Source: Acidimicrobiia bacterium
GTDB taxonomy: Bacteria; Actinomycetota; Acidimicrobiia; IMCC26256; JBMOIJ01
Direction of reading: 5' to 3'
Assembly (NCBI GenBank): GCA_049317385.1
Contig: JBMOIJ010000002.1
Span: 76,581-140,580 of the forward strand
Length of the DNA: 64,000 nucleotides
Shown here: positions 9,162-18,919 of the stretch, piece after piece
Layout: each line of letters begins with the position of its first letter
Numbering within the stretch: position 1 is the first letter of the stretch
Program-made: the position numbers and the translations under genes
Notes under the pieces: generated by a model
The model's database searches: none
The model's input: the letters and a program-made list of their open reading frames with translations, nothing else
Told to the model about the DNA's origin: nothing

Positions 9162-11771
9162 CTAGTGCGCCGAGTCACTCGCGTCGGCCGTTCCGATCGC
9201 GAAGTCCACGATGACCGTGGTGCCGTTGGGGCCAGCGTGAAGGGTGCGCCGCGACGAAAGGTTCTCCGCCAGCACGGTGCCGCGCCCACGCGGCGACTCC
9301 GACCCCGGGGCCGGACGCCGCTTGGTCCTCCAACGTCCGCTGTCGCGAACCTCGATTCGCACGTGATCGGCGTGGATACGTCCCGCCACGTACACGGCCG
9401 TGCCACCGTGCTCGATTCCGTTGGCAACAAGTTCATTCGTGGTCAACACGATGTCGTCGGTGAGTTGCGCACCGAGTGATCCCGCCTGACACCACGCGGT
9501 CACGGTGGCGCGCAATTCCTTCAACTCCGCGAAATCAGGAGCAACTCGTAGGTCGAATGCCGTCTGCGAGTTGGCGCGCGCAAATATGACGAGTGCCACG
9601 TCGTCGACTGCCGCAGTGGAGGCAGTCATGGTGTCGAGCACCTGGTCAGCAGCCATCTCGACATCGGCGGACGCCTCCTCGAACGCCGCAACAAGATCTG
9701 CAATTCGGTCGTCGATGAGCGTGCCCCGACGCTCGAACAGCCCGTCGGTGCAGAGCAAGACCTGCTCACCGCGTTCGAGCACGAACTCGTCTTCCGAGTA
9801 CTGGGCGTTGCCAATCGCGCCGATGGGTGGGCCACTGGCCCCTTCGATCAATCGGCAGGTGCGGCCGCTGTGCACCACTGGCGGCAAGTGGCCGGCCCGC
9901 GCGTACACGCACCGACCGGTGGCGGGGTCGAGCACCGCCACAATGGCCGTGGCCATCGCGCGGTCGGTTCGACCGTGGGCGAACTCGTTGGCAGAGGCAA
10001 GAATCTCCCCCGGGCTCGCGCCAGTAATGGCCTGCATCTCGATGACGGTGCGGAACCGACCCATCGTCGCCGCTGCGTGAGCGCCGTGCCCCACGACGTC
10101 ACCGATCACCAACATCACGCGGCCGTCGGGCAGCACCACCGTGTCGTACCAGTCGCCACCCACCTGGACGTCGACGGCACCCGGGACGTACCGCACGGCG
10201 ACGTCGACGGTGCAGAGGCGCGGCAGTTCGTCGGGGAGCAAGGCGCGTTGCAGGTGTTCGGCGGTGGCCCGCTGCCGTTCGAAGCGAATTGCGTTCGCCA
10301 TCCAGGCACTGACCCTTCGCCCCACCTCCTCGGCCATCGGGATGTCTTCGACGGTGTAGCTCCGCCCACTGTCGGCAAAGCCGAGCGCCAACACTCCGCG
10401 CACCTCTCCGCTGTCGAGGAGCGGCACAGCAATGAGGCTTTTGACGCCCCACAAACGCGCAATCGCACCCTCCTGGAGGTTCCGAGCGATCCGATCCACC
10501 GCCTCAGTGGTGAACCGTTCGATGAGCACGGGTTCTTGGGTGCGGGCGGCGACGGCTGCGGGGGTGTCGTCGTTGATGGACCGGCTGGGCCACGGACCGT
10601 ACTGATTCCGGAACTGATCCTGCTCCGCGTTCAGCGAAGTCGCGTTGAGCAACGACACGCGCTCGCCATCGACCCGGAAGATCGCACAGACGTCGGCGAG
10701 GTCCGGAAGTAAGATGCGGGGCAACGTATAGAACCTCGACCGCACGTCGAGTTCCACTCCCACCATCTCACCCAGACGCGCCAAGATCTGCATGCGCTCG
10801 CGCGCTCGCGCCGCCTCGGCGCGGAGACGGTCACGCTCCAGGTAGTCGGACACCCGCCGACCAACCTGCTCGACGAGCGTCGTCACCGAATCGCTGTAAC
10901 GACGTTCCGACACATGCGTGTAGGCCAACGACATGAGGCCCAGGATGTGGTCGCCGAAGATGAGCGGAACGAGGAACACCGACTGCGCGCCCACCTCGCG
11001 CTGCACCGTGACCGCTGCGGGATCGGCACGGGCAGTGAAGCCGACGCTGGCCGCCATCTCTTCGGTCACCACGTCGATCAGCTGCGTCTTTCGGCCAATC
11101 GCCTCGACGACGGCGCGTTCGCTCCCCGTGGGCACAGCCCGACGCCCAAGTGTGCGCAACCGAGTCGCCGTGTCCGGATCGACGTGGGCAAACGCCACCA
11201 CCGGAGAATCGGCCACCGCGATGCTGCACAGGTCTCCGAACGTGGGGATCATTGCGTTGGCAATGGTTTGGAGGCCCCGTTCGATCTCGATCGAAGGCTC
11301 GGACAGCACCGAGGTGATGCGGGCCAGGAACCGCCACGCCAACTTGGCCTGCACGACCGACGTGGTGTTCTCGATGATCGCCCCGATGCCATACGGCGGC
11401 CCGTCGCCCACTGGGAAGACTGACCCCTGCCAGTGACGTTCGTATCGAGCGTCGGGGGTGAGCCCCGAGGACGACAGGCCGGTCTCGGCCACCCCGGTGT
11501 CGCGCACCCGTCGAAACGTCTCGGCAACCCGACCCCACAAGTTGGGGGCGAACGATTCCAACGTCCGCCCGACCACGGCCGCCGGGTCGTAGTCGGCGGC
11601 AATGACCTCGGGGTCCGAGATTGCAAGCAACCGGAACTCGGAGTCGAAGAACGCTATTGCAACCGGCGCATGGTGCAAGAGCGCGTCGACCTGGTCAGCG
11701 GGATCGTACGCGGAGCGGTCGGCCACGCCCCCACGGTAGGACGAGGGCGAACTCGCGCGGGACTCTCCCAA
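9162..11771 (-). CDS. PAS/GAF sensor fused to a PP2C (SpoIIE) phosphatase and a C-terminal RsbW-like HATPase kinase domain
   Basis: The PP2C core is GGDWYDTVVLPDGRVMLVIGDVVGHGAHAAATMGRF and LLCTDGLFE. The C-terminal ATPase motifs are TNELVANGIEHG and RGRGTVL. Confidence 0.8.
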   Translation of the reverse strand: MGESRASSPSSYRGGVADRSAYDPADQVDALLHHAPVAIAFFDSEFRLLAISDPEVIAADYDPAAVVGRTLESFAPNLWGRVAETFRRVRDTGVAETGLSSSGLTPDARYERHWQGSVFPVGDGPPYGIGAIIENTTSVVQAKLAWRFLARITSVLSEPSIEIERGLQTIANAMIPTFGDLCSIAVADSPVVAFAHVDPDTATRLRTLGRRAVPTGSERAVVEAIGRKTQLIDVVTEEMAASVGFTARADPAAVTVQREVGAQSVFLVPLIFGDHILGLMSLAYTHVSERRYSDSVTTLVEQVGRRVSDYLERDRLRAEAARARERMQILARLGEMVGVELDVRSRFYTLPRILLPDLADVCAIFRVDGERVSLLNATSLNAEQDQFRNQYGPWPSRSINDDTPAAVAARTQEPVLIERFTTEAVDRIARNLQEGAIARLWGVKSLIAVPLLDSGEVRGVLALGFADSGRSYTVEDIPMAEEVGRRVSAWMANAIRFERQRATAEHLQRALLPDELPRLCTVDVAVRYVPGAVDVQVGGDWYDTVVLPDGRVMLVIGDVVGHGAHAAATMGRFRTVIEMQAITGASPGEILASANEFAHGRTDRAMATAIVAVLDPATGRCVYARAGHLPPVVHSGRTCRLIEGASGPPIGAIGNAQYSEDEFVLERGEQVLLCTDGLFERRGTLIDDRIADLVAAFEEASADVEMAADQVLDTMTASTAAVDDVALVIFARANSQTAFDLRVAPDFAELKELRATVTAWCQAGSLGAQLTDDIVLTTNELVANGIEHGGTAVYVAGRIHADHVRIEVRDSGRWRTKRRPAPGSESPRGRGTVLAENLSSRRTLHAGPNGTTVIVDFAIGTADASDSAH

Positions 11772-11797
11772 CGCCCGAGCGTCGGCCGGGCCGTCGG

Positions 11798-14467
11798 TTA
11801 GTCGCCGACCAGGCGACCGGCCACAACCTGGACGGTGCGGTTGGCCAAATCCCGATCAACGCCGGCACGCTCGGTGGCCAGCACCAATGCACTGCCGGCC
11901 TGCCGCCGCACGGCCAGTTCGGCGCGCACCGCCGCAGCGGCCTTCGGCGCCAACCCGGCCGAGGGCTCATCGACGACCATCGCAATCGCCGACGCCGGCG
12001 CCGCGAGAGCCACGGCGAGAAGCCGCTGCTCCCCACCCGAGCAGGAAGACGCCCGCACCTGACGGCGCGCGGCCAGCACGGGGAATCGCGCGAACACAGC
12101 AGCCTGATGCTCGCGATTACGCACGCCCAGCGCAATGTTCTCGGCGACGGTCAGGTTCGGGAACACCGCACGCGCCGCCGGCACGGTCACCAGACCCCGC
12201 CGCGCTCGCTCGTGAGGGGGCTGGTACGTCACGTCCTCGCCTGCGAGGGACACCGACCCCGCGGCCGTGGGGTCGAGTCCAGCCAGCACACGGATCAGTG
12301 AGGTCTTGCCGCCACCGTTCGGACCGCACAACACGACACCCTCGTACGGCGCGACGTGCAGCACGATGTCGCGCAGCGAGACCCGACCTCCCCGCTGCGT
12401 CGAGACGTTGCACACCGACAGCGCCGGGGCCGGCGCAACGCTCGGTGGCTCCATCGATGGAGTCGGAGTCGACTGCGTCGGCCGGTGGCGGCTTCCCAAC
12501 GCGTGCACGAACCCTTCCGGATCGCGGGAGTAACCAATAGCACCCAACCCAAACAGCACGTCGGGGAGATAGGGAGACGCCAACACCGAAAGGAACGCGG
12601 CCGGCATCCAGTCCAGGAACGACACGCGGGCCAACTCGCCCATCGCCTGGGGCCACACTGCGACGACTACGCCGGCAACGACCGCGGCGAACGGGCGGCG
12701 CACTCCAAAGGTCACCACCACTGCCAACCACACCAACCCCACCAGGGCCGGGAACGTCGAGCCCGAGAACGGGCTGGTGGTGACAGCGAGCAGCGCCCCG
12801 CCCAAGGCCGCGATCGATGCGGAAACCGCGAACAACGCAGCTCGCGTACGGATAGGCGAGATACCGCACGCACGCACAGCCGGCTCGGAAGACCGCAGCG
12901 CCTGCGCCGCCCGTCCGAGTCGCGACGTACGCAACCAACTCACCGAACCTGCGACAACAACACACAGTATGAACCCCGCGACCGCCATCTGACGCGGCTG
13001 GCCGAGATCGATGGGTCCAAGGGTGGGGGGCGTCACCACCCAGCCGCGCGTGCCGTTCCCGAACCACTCGCTCCGAAACACCAACTGCTCGCCGAGCAAC
13101 CCAAGCGCGAGTGTGGAGATTGCGAACGCCAAGCCGCTGATGCGAAGCGACACCAGCGCGACCCCTGCGCCCAGCAGTGCGGCGAGCCCGATCGCAATCG
13201 CCAATGCGACGCCGAACGCCAGTCGTCCGTTGTGCATGAGGACCGGCATCGTGCGGTCGAATTGATGACTTGTGAGCAGCCCAACGGCCAGACCACTCAC
13301 CGTCACGAACGCAGCTTGCGCCAGGCTCACGACGCCGCCGATACCGGTGATCACCACGAACGAGAGGAACACCAGCCCGAGCGCAACCCCCTTCGCGAGC
13401 AACGTTGCCCACAGGTTGTTCGCCACGATCAACGCAACGGCGCCGACCACTGCGAACGTGACCCACGGAGCGACGGAGCGCATCACCGAGGAGCGGGCCG
13501 ACGCGTCCGCCGGCGGCGCCTCGCGGACCGCAGCCCCGGCAGGTCGCACTGTCGAACTCCCCCGCCACAGCACGACGGCGAAGAGCAACGCGAACGGCAC
13601 CGCACTTCGCATCCCGGTGATCCCCTTCATCGCCGGCGGCAAGTACCCGTACGCAAGGTTCTGCACGATTCCGACGGCCAATCCCCCGGCGAACGCCAAC
13701 GGGAGCGACCGGAAGCGAGCGAACACCACGGCAGTGAAGGCCCCAACCATGAGGAGCGTGAACACTCCGGGGTCGAGTTGGTAGAGCGGCGTGATCAGCA
13801 CGCCGGTGACACCGGCCAACACGAATCCGATGACCCACGACACGGTGGAGATCCGCTCAACGTCGACCCCTCGCAAGGACGCGAGCTCCCGATCGTCAAC
13901 TGCGGCACGAGTGAGCAAGCCGAAGCGCGTGCGCCGGAGCAACCACCACAGCCCGATGGCCGCAGCGGCGGCAATGACGAGCACCAACAACTCGTCGGAG
14001 TTCACCGCCATGCGGGCCAATGGGTTCCAAACGACCGGCGGCACCGGACCGAGCCCTGGAACCGCAATCACAGAGGTGGTGTCGGGCACGGCCACTCCAC
14101 TGGCCGAGCACGCAGCGAGTACCACGCGGGTGAGCGCCGGCAGCGCGACGAGCAGACCGATGGTCGCCACGATGCGCGCAACCTCAGGCGCACGCGCCAA
14201 CGCGCGGAACATCACGCGATCGAGGAGGAAGCCCAGGGCGGGCGCGATCACGAGCACGCTCAGCACGAACGCGGCCGCAGTCGGCCAATCGGCCCCTTCA
14301 GGTGTGCGCAACAAGAAGTACATGAGGGCGCACACGTAGGCAACGGCTGCGTGGGCGAAGTCGAAGATGCCGGACGTGTCGTACGTGAGGACCAAACCGG
14401 TGGCCAGGAGCGCGTAGAGGCCGCCGGCCACCGCACCGGAAACCAGGAGCGCAATGAACACGCTCAT
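11798..14467 (-). CDS. branched-chain-amino-acid-type ABC transporter, fused permease-permease-ATPase (LivH-LivM-LivF-like) polypeptide
   Basis: ATG at 14467 (MSVFIALLVSGAVAGGLYALLATGLVLTY). About 20 hydrophobic segments are followed by one NBD with Walker A GPNGGGKT, signature CSGGEQ and Walker B MVVDEP. The reading frame is uninterrupted. Confidence 0.75.
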   Translation of the reverse strand: MSVFIALLVSGAVAGGLYALLATGLVLTYDTSGIFDFAHAAVAYVCALMYFLLRTPEGADWPTAAAFVLSVLVIAPALGFLLDRVMFRALARAPEVARIVATIGLLVALPALTRVVLAACSASGVAVPDTTSVIAVPGLGPVPPVVWNPLARMAVNSDELLVLVIAAAAAIGLWWLLRRTRFGLLTRAAVDDRELASLRGVDVERISTVSWVIGFVLAGVTGVLITPLYQLDPGVFTLLMVGAFTAVVFARFRSLPLAFAGGLAVGIVQNLAYGYLPPAMKGITGMRSAVPFALLFAVVLWRGSSTVRPAGAAVREAPPADASARSSVMRSVAPWVTFAVVGAVALIVANNLWATLLAKGVALGLVFLSFVVITGIGGVVSLAQAAFVTVSGLAVGLLTSHQFDRTMPVLMHNGRLAFGVALAIAIGLAALLGAGVALVSLRISGLAFAISTLALGLLGEQLVFRSEWFGNGTRGWVVTPPTLGPIDLGQPRQMAVAGFILCVVVAGSVSWLRTSRLGRAAQALRSSEPAVRACGISPIRTRAALFAVSASIAALGGALLAVTTSPFSGSTFPALVGLVWLAVVVTFGVRRPFAAVVAGVVVAVWPQAMGELARVSFLDWMPAAFLSVLASPYLPDVLFGLGAIGYSRDPEGFVHALGSRHRPTQSTPTPSMEPPSVAPAPALSVCNVSTQRGGRVSLRDIVLHVAPYEGVVLCGPNGGGKTSLIRVLAGLDPTAAGSVSLAGEDVTYQPPHERARRGLVTVPAARAVFPNLTVAENIALGVRNREHQAAVFARFPVLAARRQVRASSCSGGEQRLLAVALAAPASAIAMVVDEPSAGLAPKAAAAVRAELAVRRQAGSALVLATERAGVDRDLANRTVQVVAGRLVGD

Positions 14468-14486
14468 CTGGTTACCGCCAATTCGC

Positions 14487-15758
14487 TCACGACACCGAGA
14501 CCAACTTCGTGCACGTGAACGGAACCACCGGCTGGTACGCACCGTTGCTGATCTGCACCGCCGACTGACACGGGACCGGAACCGTGTGGTTCTTCGGGAA
14601 CTCAACGGTTCCCAATGCGTCGGGAACCGAGTACGAGAAGTTGTTGTTCATGGCAGCAACAAGTTTCTCGATGGTGAGGTCACGCCCCGCTTTCTGCAGG
14701 CCGGCCAGGAGGAGGTCGGCAGCCCAGTAACTCGCCGCGTTCGCGAGGTTGAGCGGCGTCTTGGTGCCGTTCTTCGCGTCGTAGGCCGCGAAGTCTTCCT
14801 TCATCTGCTTGATCGCCGCCGCCGAGGATTCGTAGGGCGCCCACTGCAGCGCGATGAGGAAGTTCTTCTGGAACGTAGGGACTTGGAGGAGTGCCGGGTC
14901 GTACCCGACCGCCGACTCGTAGAGCCCCTTGTAACCCAGCTCGTTCATCTTCTTGGTGAGGCCGTTGACATCCTTGAACGGCATGATCTGGAGCGTGACG
15001 TCGGGTTCCCTGTTCGCGTTCGCTGTGAGCACTTCCTGGGCGAACTGCGTGTAGTCGGTGGCCGGCACCGCAACCGGAATGCTGTTGAACGGCCCGAGCA
15101 CGGTGAACCCGGCCGCCTTCACGCTGGCCGCCACTGCCTTGGTCCCAATCTTCGACGAGTCATCGTCGACCCCCACGACGGCCACCGTCTTGGGGTTCTT
15201 GTTCGCATCGTTGGCGAAGTACTTCTGCAACACCACGCCCCATGCACCGTTTTCTTCGGTGGGGTTGGGGTTCGTCAAACAACCGGTGATACCGAAGCCG
15301 TAGTCGGAACCGCACCAGTCGCGGGAGATGCCCCAGCCCACGAACGGCGTCTTGGTCTTGTTGAGGAACGCGGCACCTCCGAAGCGGGAACTGATGACTG
15401 GCGCCACCACCGCAACCTGGTCCTGGTCGACGAGGCGCTGCACGATCTCGGCGTTCGTGTTGGCGTCGGTCTTGTCGCTCGTGACACCGACGTAGTCGAT
15501 GGTGCGACCGTTGACGCCGCCTTCGTTGTTGGCACGCAAGAAACGGGCTCCGGCGCCGTTGCCGGCCTGGAGGAATTGCGCGTCGTCGATGACGCCACCG
15601 ATCTTGACGGAATTGTCGGTGATGCCGCGCGTGGTGCGGGTGGCGGGTTCCGCAGCCGCGGTGGTGGTGGGCACAGCCTTCTTCGTGCTGGAACAGCCCG
15701 CGATCACCAGCGCAACGCTGGCGGCCCCGATGACGACACACTTCGACAGTCGACCCAC
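14487..15758 (-). CDS. ABC transporter substrate-binding lipoprotein (LivK/type I periplasmic-binding fold)
   Basis: The GTG at 15758 is preceded by AAGGGAG. The lipobox is VALVIAGCSS. It lies directly upstream of the permease gene. Confidence 0.8.
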   Translation of the reverse strand: MGRLSKCVVIGAASVALVIAGCSSTKKAVPTTTAAAEPATRTTRGITDNSVKIGGVIDDAQFLQAGNGAGARFLRANNEGGVNGRTIDYVGVTSDKTDANTNAEIVQRLVDQDQVAVVAPVISSRFGGAAFLNKTKTPFVGWGISRDWCGSDYGFGITGCLTNPNPTEENGAWGVVLQKYFANDANKNPKTVAVVGVDDDSSKIGTKAVAASVKAAGFTVLGPFNSIPVAVPATDYTQFAQEVLTANANREPDVTLQIMPFKDVNGLTKKMNELGYKGLYESAVGYDPALLQVPTFQKNFLIALQWAPYESSAAAIKQMKEDFAAYDAKNGTKTPLNLANAASYWAADLLLAGLQKAGRDLTIEKLVAAMNNNFSYSVPDALGTVEFPKNHTVPVPCQSAVQISNGAYQPVVPFTCTKLVSVS

Positions 15759-15835
15759 GATGGCTCCCTTGCTCCGGCGGTCGGTGGGCACTCTATAACA
15801 CCGTGATAGAGGGGCGGCGACCACCTCGCGGCCGC

Positions 15836-16462
15836 TCACGCCAGCCCTTCTCCCAGCAGGGCGGCCAGAAAACGGGCGACCGAGAACTCGAACAGTGCAT
15901 CGGGGTCGAACGCCGCCAGGGCATCGCCGCCGGGTGCTCCTTCGATGCCGGGGACCTCGGCCCGCCCCTGGGCGATGCGCTCGACGAACTGCGAGGACGC
16001 GCGCTCGGCCAGCACGAACCCCGTCACCTGGAACACGAACGCGCGCGTGGCCTGCACGGCATCGGGATCGGAGAGGCCGGCCGCCGCGAACTCGCGCAGG
16101 ATCGCGTTGCGCGGCCCAACGAGCATCTGGATGCCTTTGACCTCGTGCACCAACAGATCAGTGACGCGCGTGCGCGCCAACATGCGGGCGCGCACGCCGC
16201 GCGCGATGTAGAGCAGTCGTGCCTCCGGAGTGTCGCCGATTGGCGTGAGCGTCTCGAACTCGCTTGCGAGGCGCGCGCCGATGGCGTCGAGCAGCGCATC
16301 ACGGTTCCCGACGTGCCAGTAGATCGACGCCGGCTTCACGCCCAACGACGCGGCAAGCTTGCGCATACTGAGCGCATCGCCCCCCTCGCGGTCGATGATG
16401 TCGATGGCGCAATCGACGATGGCATCTCGAGTGATACCAACCGGTTCGGTGCGCCACGACAT
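15836..16462 (-). CDS. TetR family transcriptional regulator
   Basis: The N-terminal HTH is LSMRKLAASLGVKPASIYWHVGNRDALL. The ATG at 16462 gives a typical length of about 208 aa. Confidence 0.8.
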   Translation of the reverse strand: MSWRTEPVGITRDAIVDCAIDIIDREGGDALSMRKLAASLGVKPASIYWHVGNRDALLDAIGARLASEFETLTPIGDTPEARLLYIARGVRARMLARTRVTDLLVHEVKGIQMLVGPRNAILREFAAAGLSDPDAVQATRAFVFQVTGFVLAERASSQFVERIAQGRAEVPGIEGAPGGDALAAFDPDALFEFSVARFLAALLGEGLA

Positions 16463-16554
16463 GCGTGCGAGGATACCGGCGTGGACGAATCCGTCGACCC
16501 GGATCTCATCGTCGATGCGCGGCATCCCGTGGAACTTCTGGTGCTCATCGCCGT

Positions 16555-16740
16555 TGGTGGCGCGCCTTCGCCGTAACCGGGTTCTGCGGGGCGTTCACCA
16601 CGTTCTCCACCTTCTCCTACGAAACCGTGCGCCTCGCCGGCAACAACCGACCGGGTCAGGCCGCGACCTATGCGTTCGGCAGCCTGGTCGCCGGGCTCGT
16701 TGCCGCCGCCGCGGGCCTTGCACTGACGGGCGCTTGGTGA
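16555..16740 (+). pseudogene. crcB: crcB (fluoride channel) remnant: only the C-terminal half (TM3-TM4) is present
   Basis: AVTGFCGAFTTFSTFSYETV matches the CrcB signature TGFCGGLTTFSTFS. The about 65 N-terminal residues with TM1-TM2 are absent in all frames. The upstream DNA is the TetR 5' region. Confidence 0.65.
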
Positions 16741-16765
16741 GTTCGGCCACCTACAGTCCGTGCCC

Positions 16766-18664
16766 ATGACTCGCTCGTTCCGCTTCCTCACGCTGTCGTT
16801 GCTCGTTGCGGTCACGTTGACGGCATGTAGTAGCAACAACGGCTCGAAGCAGAGCAACGCACCGAAGGGCACGCCCGTCAGCTTCGACGGCAAACAGGAA
16901 TCGTCCATCCCGCTGGTACGTGTCGCCAACGCCGGCTCCGACGGGGGTCGACTCACCAAAGACCCGGCATTGCAGGTCTTCGCGTGGCAGTACGGCCCGG
17001 TCCCCGGCGTTCAGACGCCCGCCGGCAACCCGGGCGTGCGCGCCAGCGGCAGCCTCGCGCTCTACAGCGTGTTGCGGTACTGGAACGAACTCAGCGACGC
17101 ACAGCGGGCTGCCATCCGCCCGCTGGCCGGGCTGCCCGACGACTACGCGCCAACCGCCGGCCAGTTCGGAAAGAGTCGGCCGGCGCGCCGCGCCGCACCC
17201 ACACCGGTCAAGGCGTTCGAAGCAGAGCTCGCACGCGTGCGGGGCGAGATCGAGCCTCGGCTCGGAACCCTGAGCTTCCCGATCTTCGTGACCAAGGAAT
17301 CGGTCAACTTGAGCACCGAGGCCGACGCGCTCGCCGATGCGCTCGTACGCGGTGGCGTGTTCGGCACTGGCTGTTACATCCGCATGTTCCCCGGCTCCGA
17401 TGCAAGCAAGAGCACGCTCTTTTCCGTCCTCGGTCACGAAGTCATGCACTGTTACCAATTCGAATGGGGCCCGATCCTCGAAGGCTGGATCACCGAAGGT
17501 CAAGCCGAATGGGTGGGAGCCGTGGTCGGGAAGGCGCTGACGGGAGGGTCCGACCCGAACGCAGCTGGATGGGTCGAGAGCTATTACGAGACCCCGGGGA
17601 CGGCACTCTTCAAGCGCACGTACGACGCCGTCGGCTGGTGGATGCACCTCAACCAGTCCGGCGTGAACGTGTGGTCACGTTTGAAGAGCGTTGTCGAAGC
17701 CGGGGGTGGCGACGCGTCGTTCGCGGTCGCCACCGCAGGCGCCGACGAGACGTTGTTGCGTGAGTGGGGCTCGCGCGGCACCGGGTTGCGCCAGCTCGGT
17801 GGGTCGTGGTTCCTCTCGGGCCCCGGCGCCCCCGACGCGACAGGCCCTGGTGTGGGCTTCAACACCGTGTCCAACACCACGGGAGTCACCCGAACGATCG
17901 TCCCTTACTCCGCAGCGTACGGCGGGGTCGACTTCACTGCCGACCTCGTCGAGTTCTCGTACACCGGCAACGTGCAAGGACTGCTGCGAAAGAACGGCCA
18001 ACGCACCTTGGTGGGCCTCGACAACAAGAAGTGGTGCACCAAAGGCGCGAACGATTGCGTGTGCCCGCCCAACACCAAGTCTGCGGGCGAGCGATTCGAC
18101 ACGCTGCCGGGCGGCAAGCACGAGATCGCATTCACGGGCGGACCCGAGTCGGTCACGGTCACCATCACCGGCAAGTCGCTGAAAGACGCGTGCGACGGCG
18201 TGTGCATGGTGGGGACATGGCGACTGAACGGCCCCCCGACCGGATCGGGGCTGAGCTTCAAGTCGGGCGGCACCGGCGCCATCTTGAAGGTTGGTGAAGA
18301 CGGAGTGACCACCTACGACTTCACACCATCGGAGCCCGTCGTGCTCGACACCGGCGGCGGCGAGTTCAGCATCAAGTACAGCGGCGTTGGCAAGGCGCTC
18401 GCGCTGCTCCCGACGGATCCCAACGGCGGTTCGGCGTCGTTCACCGGCATCGACACCACTGGCATCACTGCTGAGGACATCACGATCGACGGGAAGAGCT
18501 CGCTCGACGGGTTGCCCACGAGCCTCATCGCCGACGCGGTGACCAAGGAGTTCCGCAAGTCAATCTTCATCGAAGACGCGAGCTTCACTGCATCGTGCCC
18601 CGGCAATCAGCTCGTGATCTCGAACAGCGTGGTGACGCTCAACTACACGAAGGTCGGCAAGTAG
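16766..18664 (+). CDS. secreted lipoprotein with an HExxH zinc-metalloprotease-like motif
   Basis: The signal/lipobox is FLTLSLLVAVTLTACSS. An HEVMH motif is present, and the C-terminal region is Cys-containing. No closer family is recognised. Confidence 0.55.
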   Translation: MTRSFRFLTLSLLVAVTLTACSSNNGSKQSNAPKGTPVSFDGKQESSIPLVRVANAGSDGGRLTKDPALQVFAWQYGPVPGVQTPAGNPGVRASGSLALYSVLRYWNELSDAQRAAIRPLAGLPDDYAPTAGQFGKSRPARRAAPTPVKAFEAELARVRGEIEPRLGTLSFPIFVTKESVNLSTEADALADALVRGGVFGTGCYIRMFPGSDASKSTLFSVLGHEVMHCYQFEWGPILEGWITEGQAEWVGAVVGKALTGGSDPNAAGWVESYYETPGTALFKRTYDAVGWWMHLNQSGVNVWSRLKSVVEAGGGDASFAVATAGADETLLREWGSRGTGLRQLGGSWFLSGPGAPDATGPGVGFNTVSNTTGVTRTIVPYSAAYGGVDFTADLVEFSYTGNVQGLLRKNGQRTLVGLDNKKWCTKGANDCVCPPNTKSAGERFDTLPGGKHEIAFTGGPESVTVTITGKSLKDACDGVCMVGTWRLNGPPTGSGLSFKSGGTGAILKVGEDGVTTYDFTPSEPVVLDTGGGEFSIKYSGVGKALALLPTDPNGGSASFTGIDTTGITAEDITIDGKSSLDGLPTSLIADAVTKEFRKSIFIEDASFTASCPGNQLVISNSVVTLNYTKVGK

Positions 18665-18811
18665 CGGGCGAGCAGCGCTCGGGGCGGCCAGCGCCAAGAC
18701 GGCCTTAACGAATAGGCCTTGTGGAGCGTCGACATTCGTAAGACAGTGGGGTTCCCCGTACTAAAGGAACCTTCCTTGCCCGCACCTCGGCACGGTCTAC
18801 CCGCCATGCAC

Positions 18812-18912
18812 GCGCAAGCGCCGCCCGAAGGCGGCGCTCACTAGGTTACCCCGCAGGGCATTGCCTACGAATTTGGAATCTTGTCGGAGCAAGACACCAA
18901 TTCGGGTTTAGT
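18812..18912 (-). ncRNA. tracrRNA (anti-repeat plus structured tail)
   Basis: Positions 18883-18912 are complementary to the repeat at 28 of 30 positions. Both mismatches become G:U wobbles only if crRNA and tracrRNA are minus-strand transcripts. The tail begins AAGAUUCC and ends in a perfect 8-bp GC hairpin with a UUCG loop (18818-18837). The exact ends are uncertain. Confidence 0.65.
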
Positions 18913-18919
18913 GCTCTCT

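Noticed and set aside
12356-14518. Very long ORFs antisense to well-supported genes. Examples are 12356..14518 (+, 720 aa), 2610..4055 (+), 32496..34355 (+), 37160..38953 (+), 38932..40632 (-), 43704..44642 (-) and 49509..50609 (-).
   Set aside because: They are Arg/Gly/Pro/His-rich low-complexity translations with no motifs. Each lies opposite a gene with clear family signatures. Long stop-free antisense frames are expected in DNA this GC-rich.
18665-18811. Possible extra structured RNA, or an extension of the tracrRNA, in the rest of the lipoprotein-cas9 intergenic region. It contains small stems such as GGTTCC...GGAACC and GGCCT...AGGCC.
   Set aside because: The stems are short (5-6 bp) and could simply terminate the upstream + strand gene. 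Without transcript data there is no basis for calling a separate feature.
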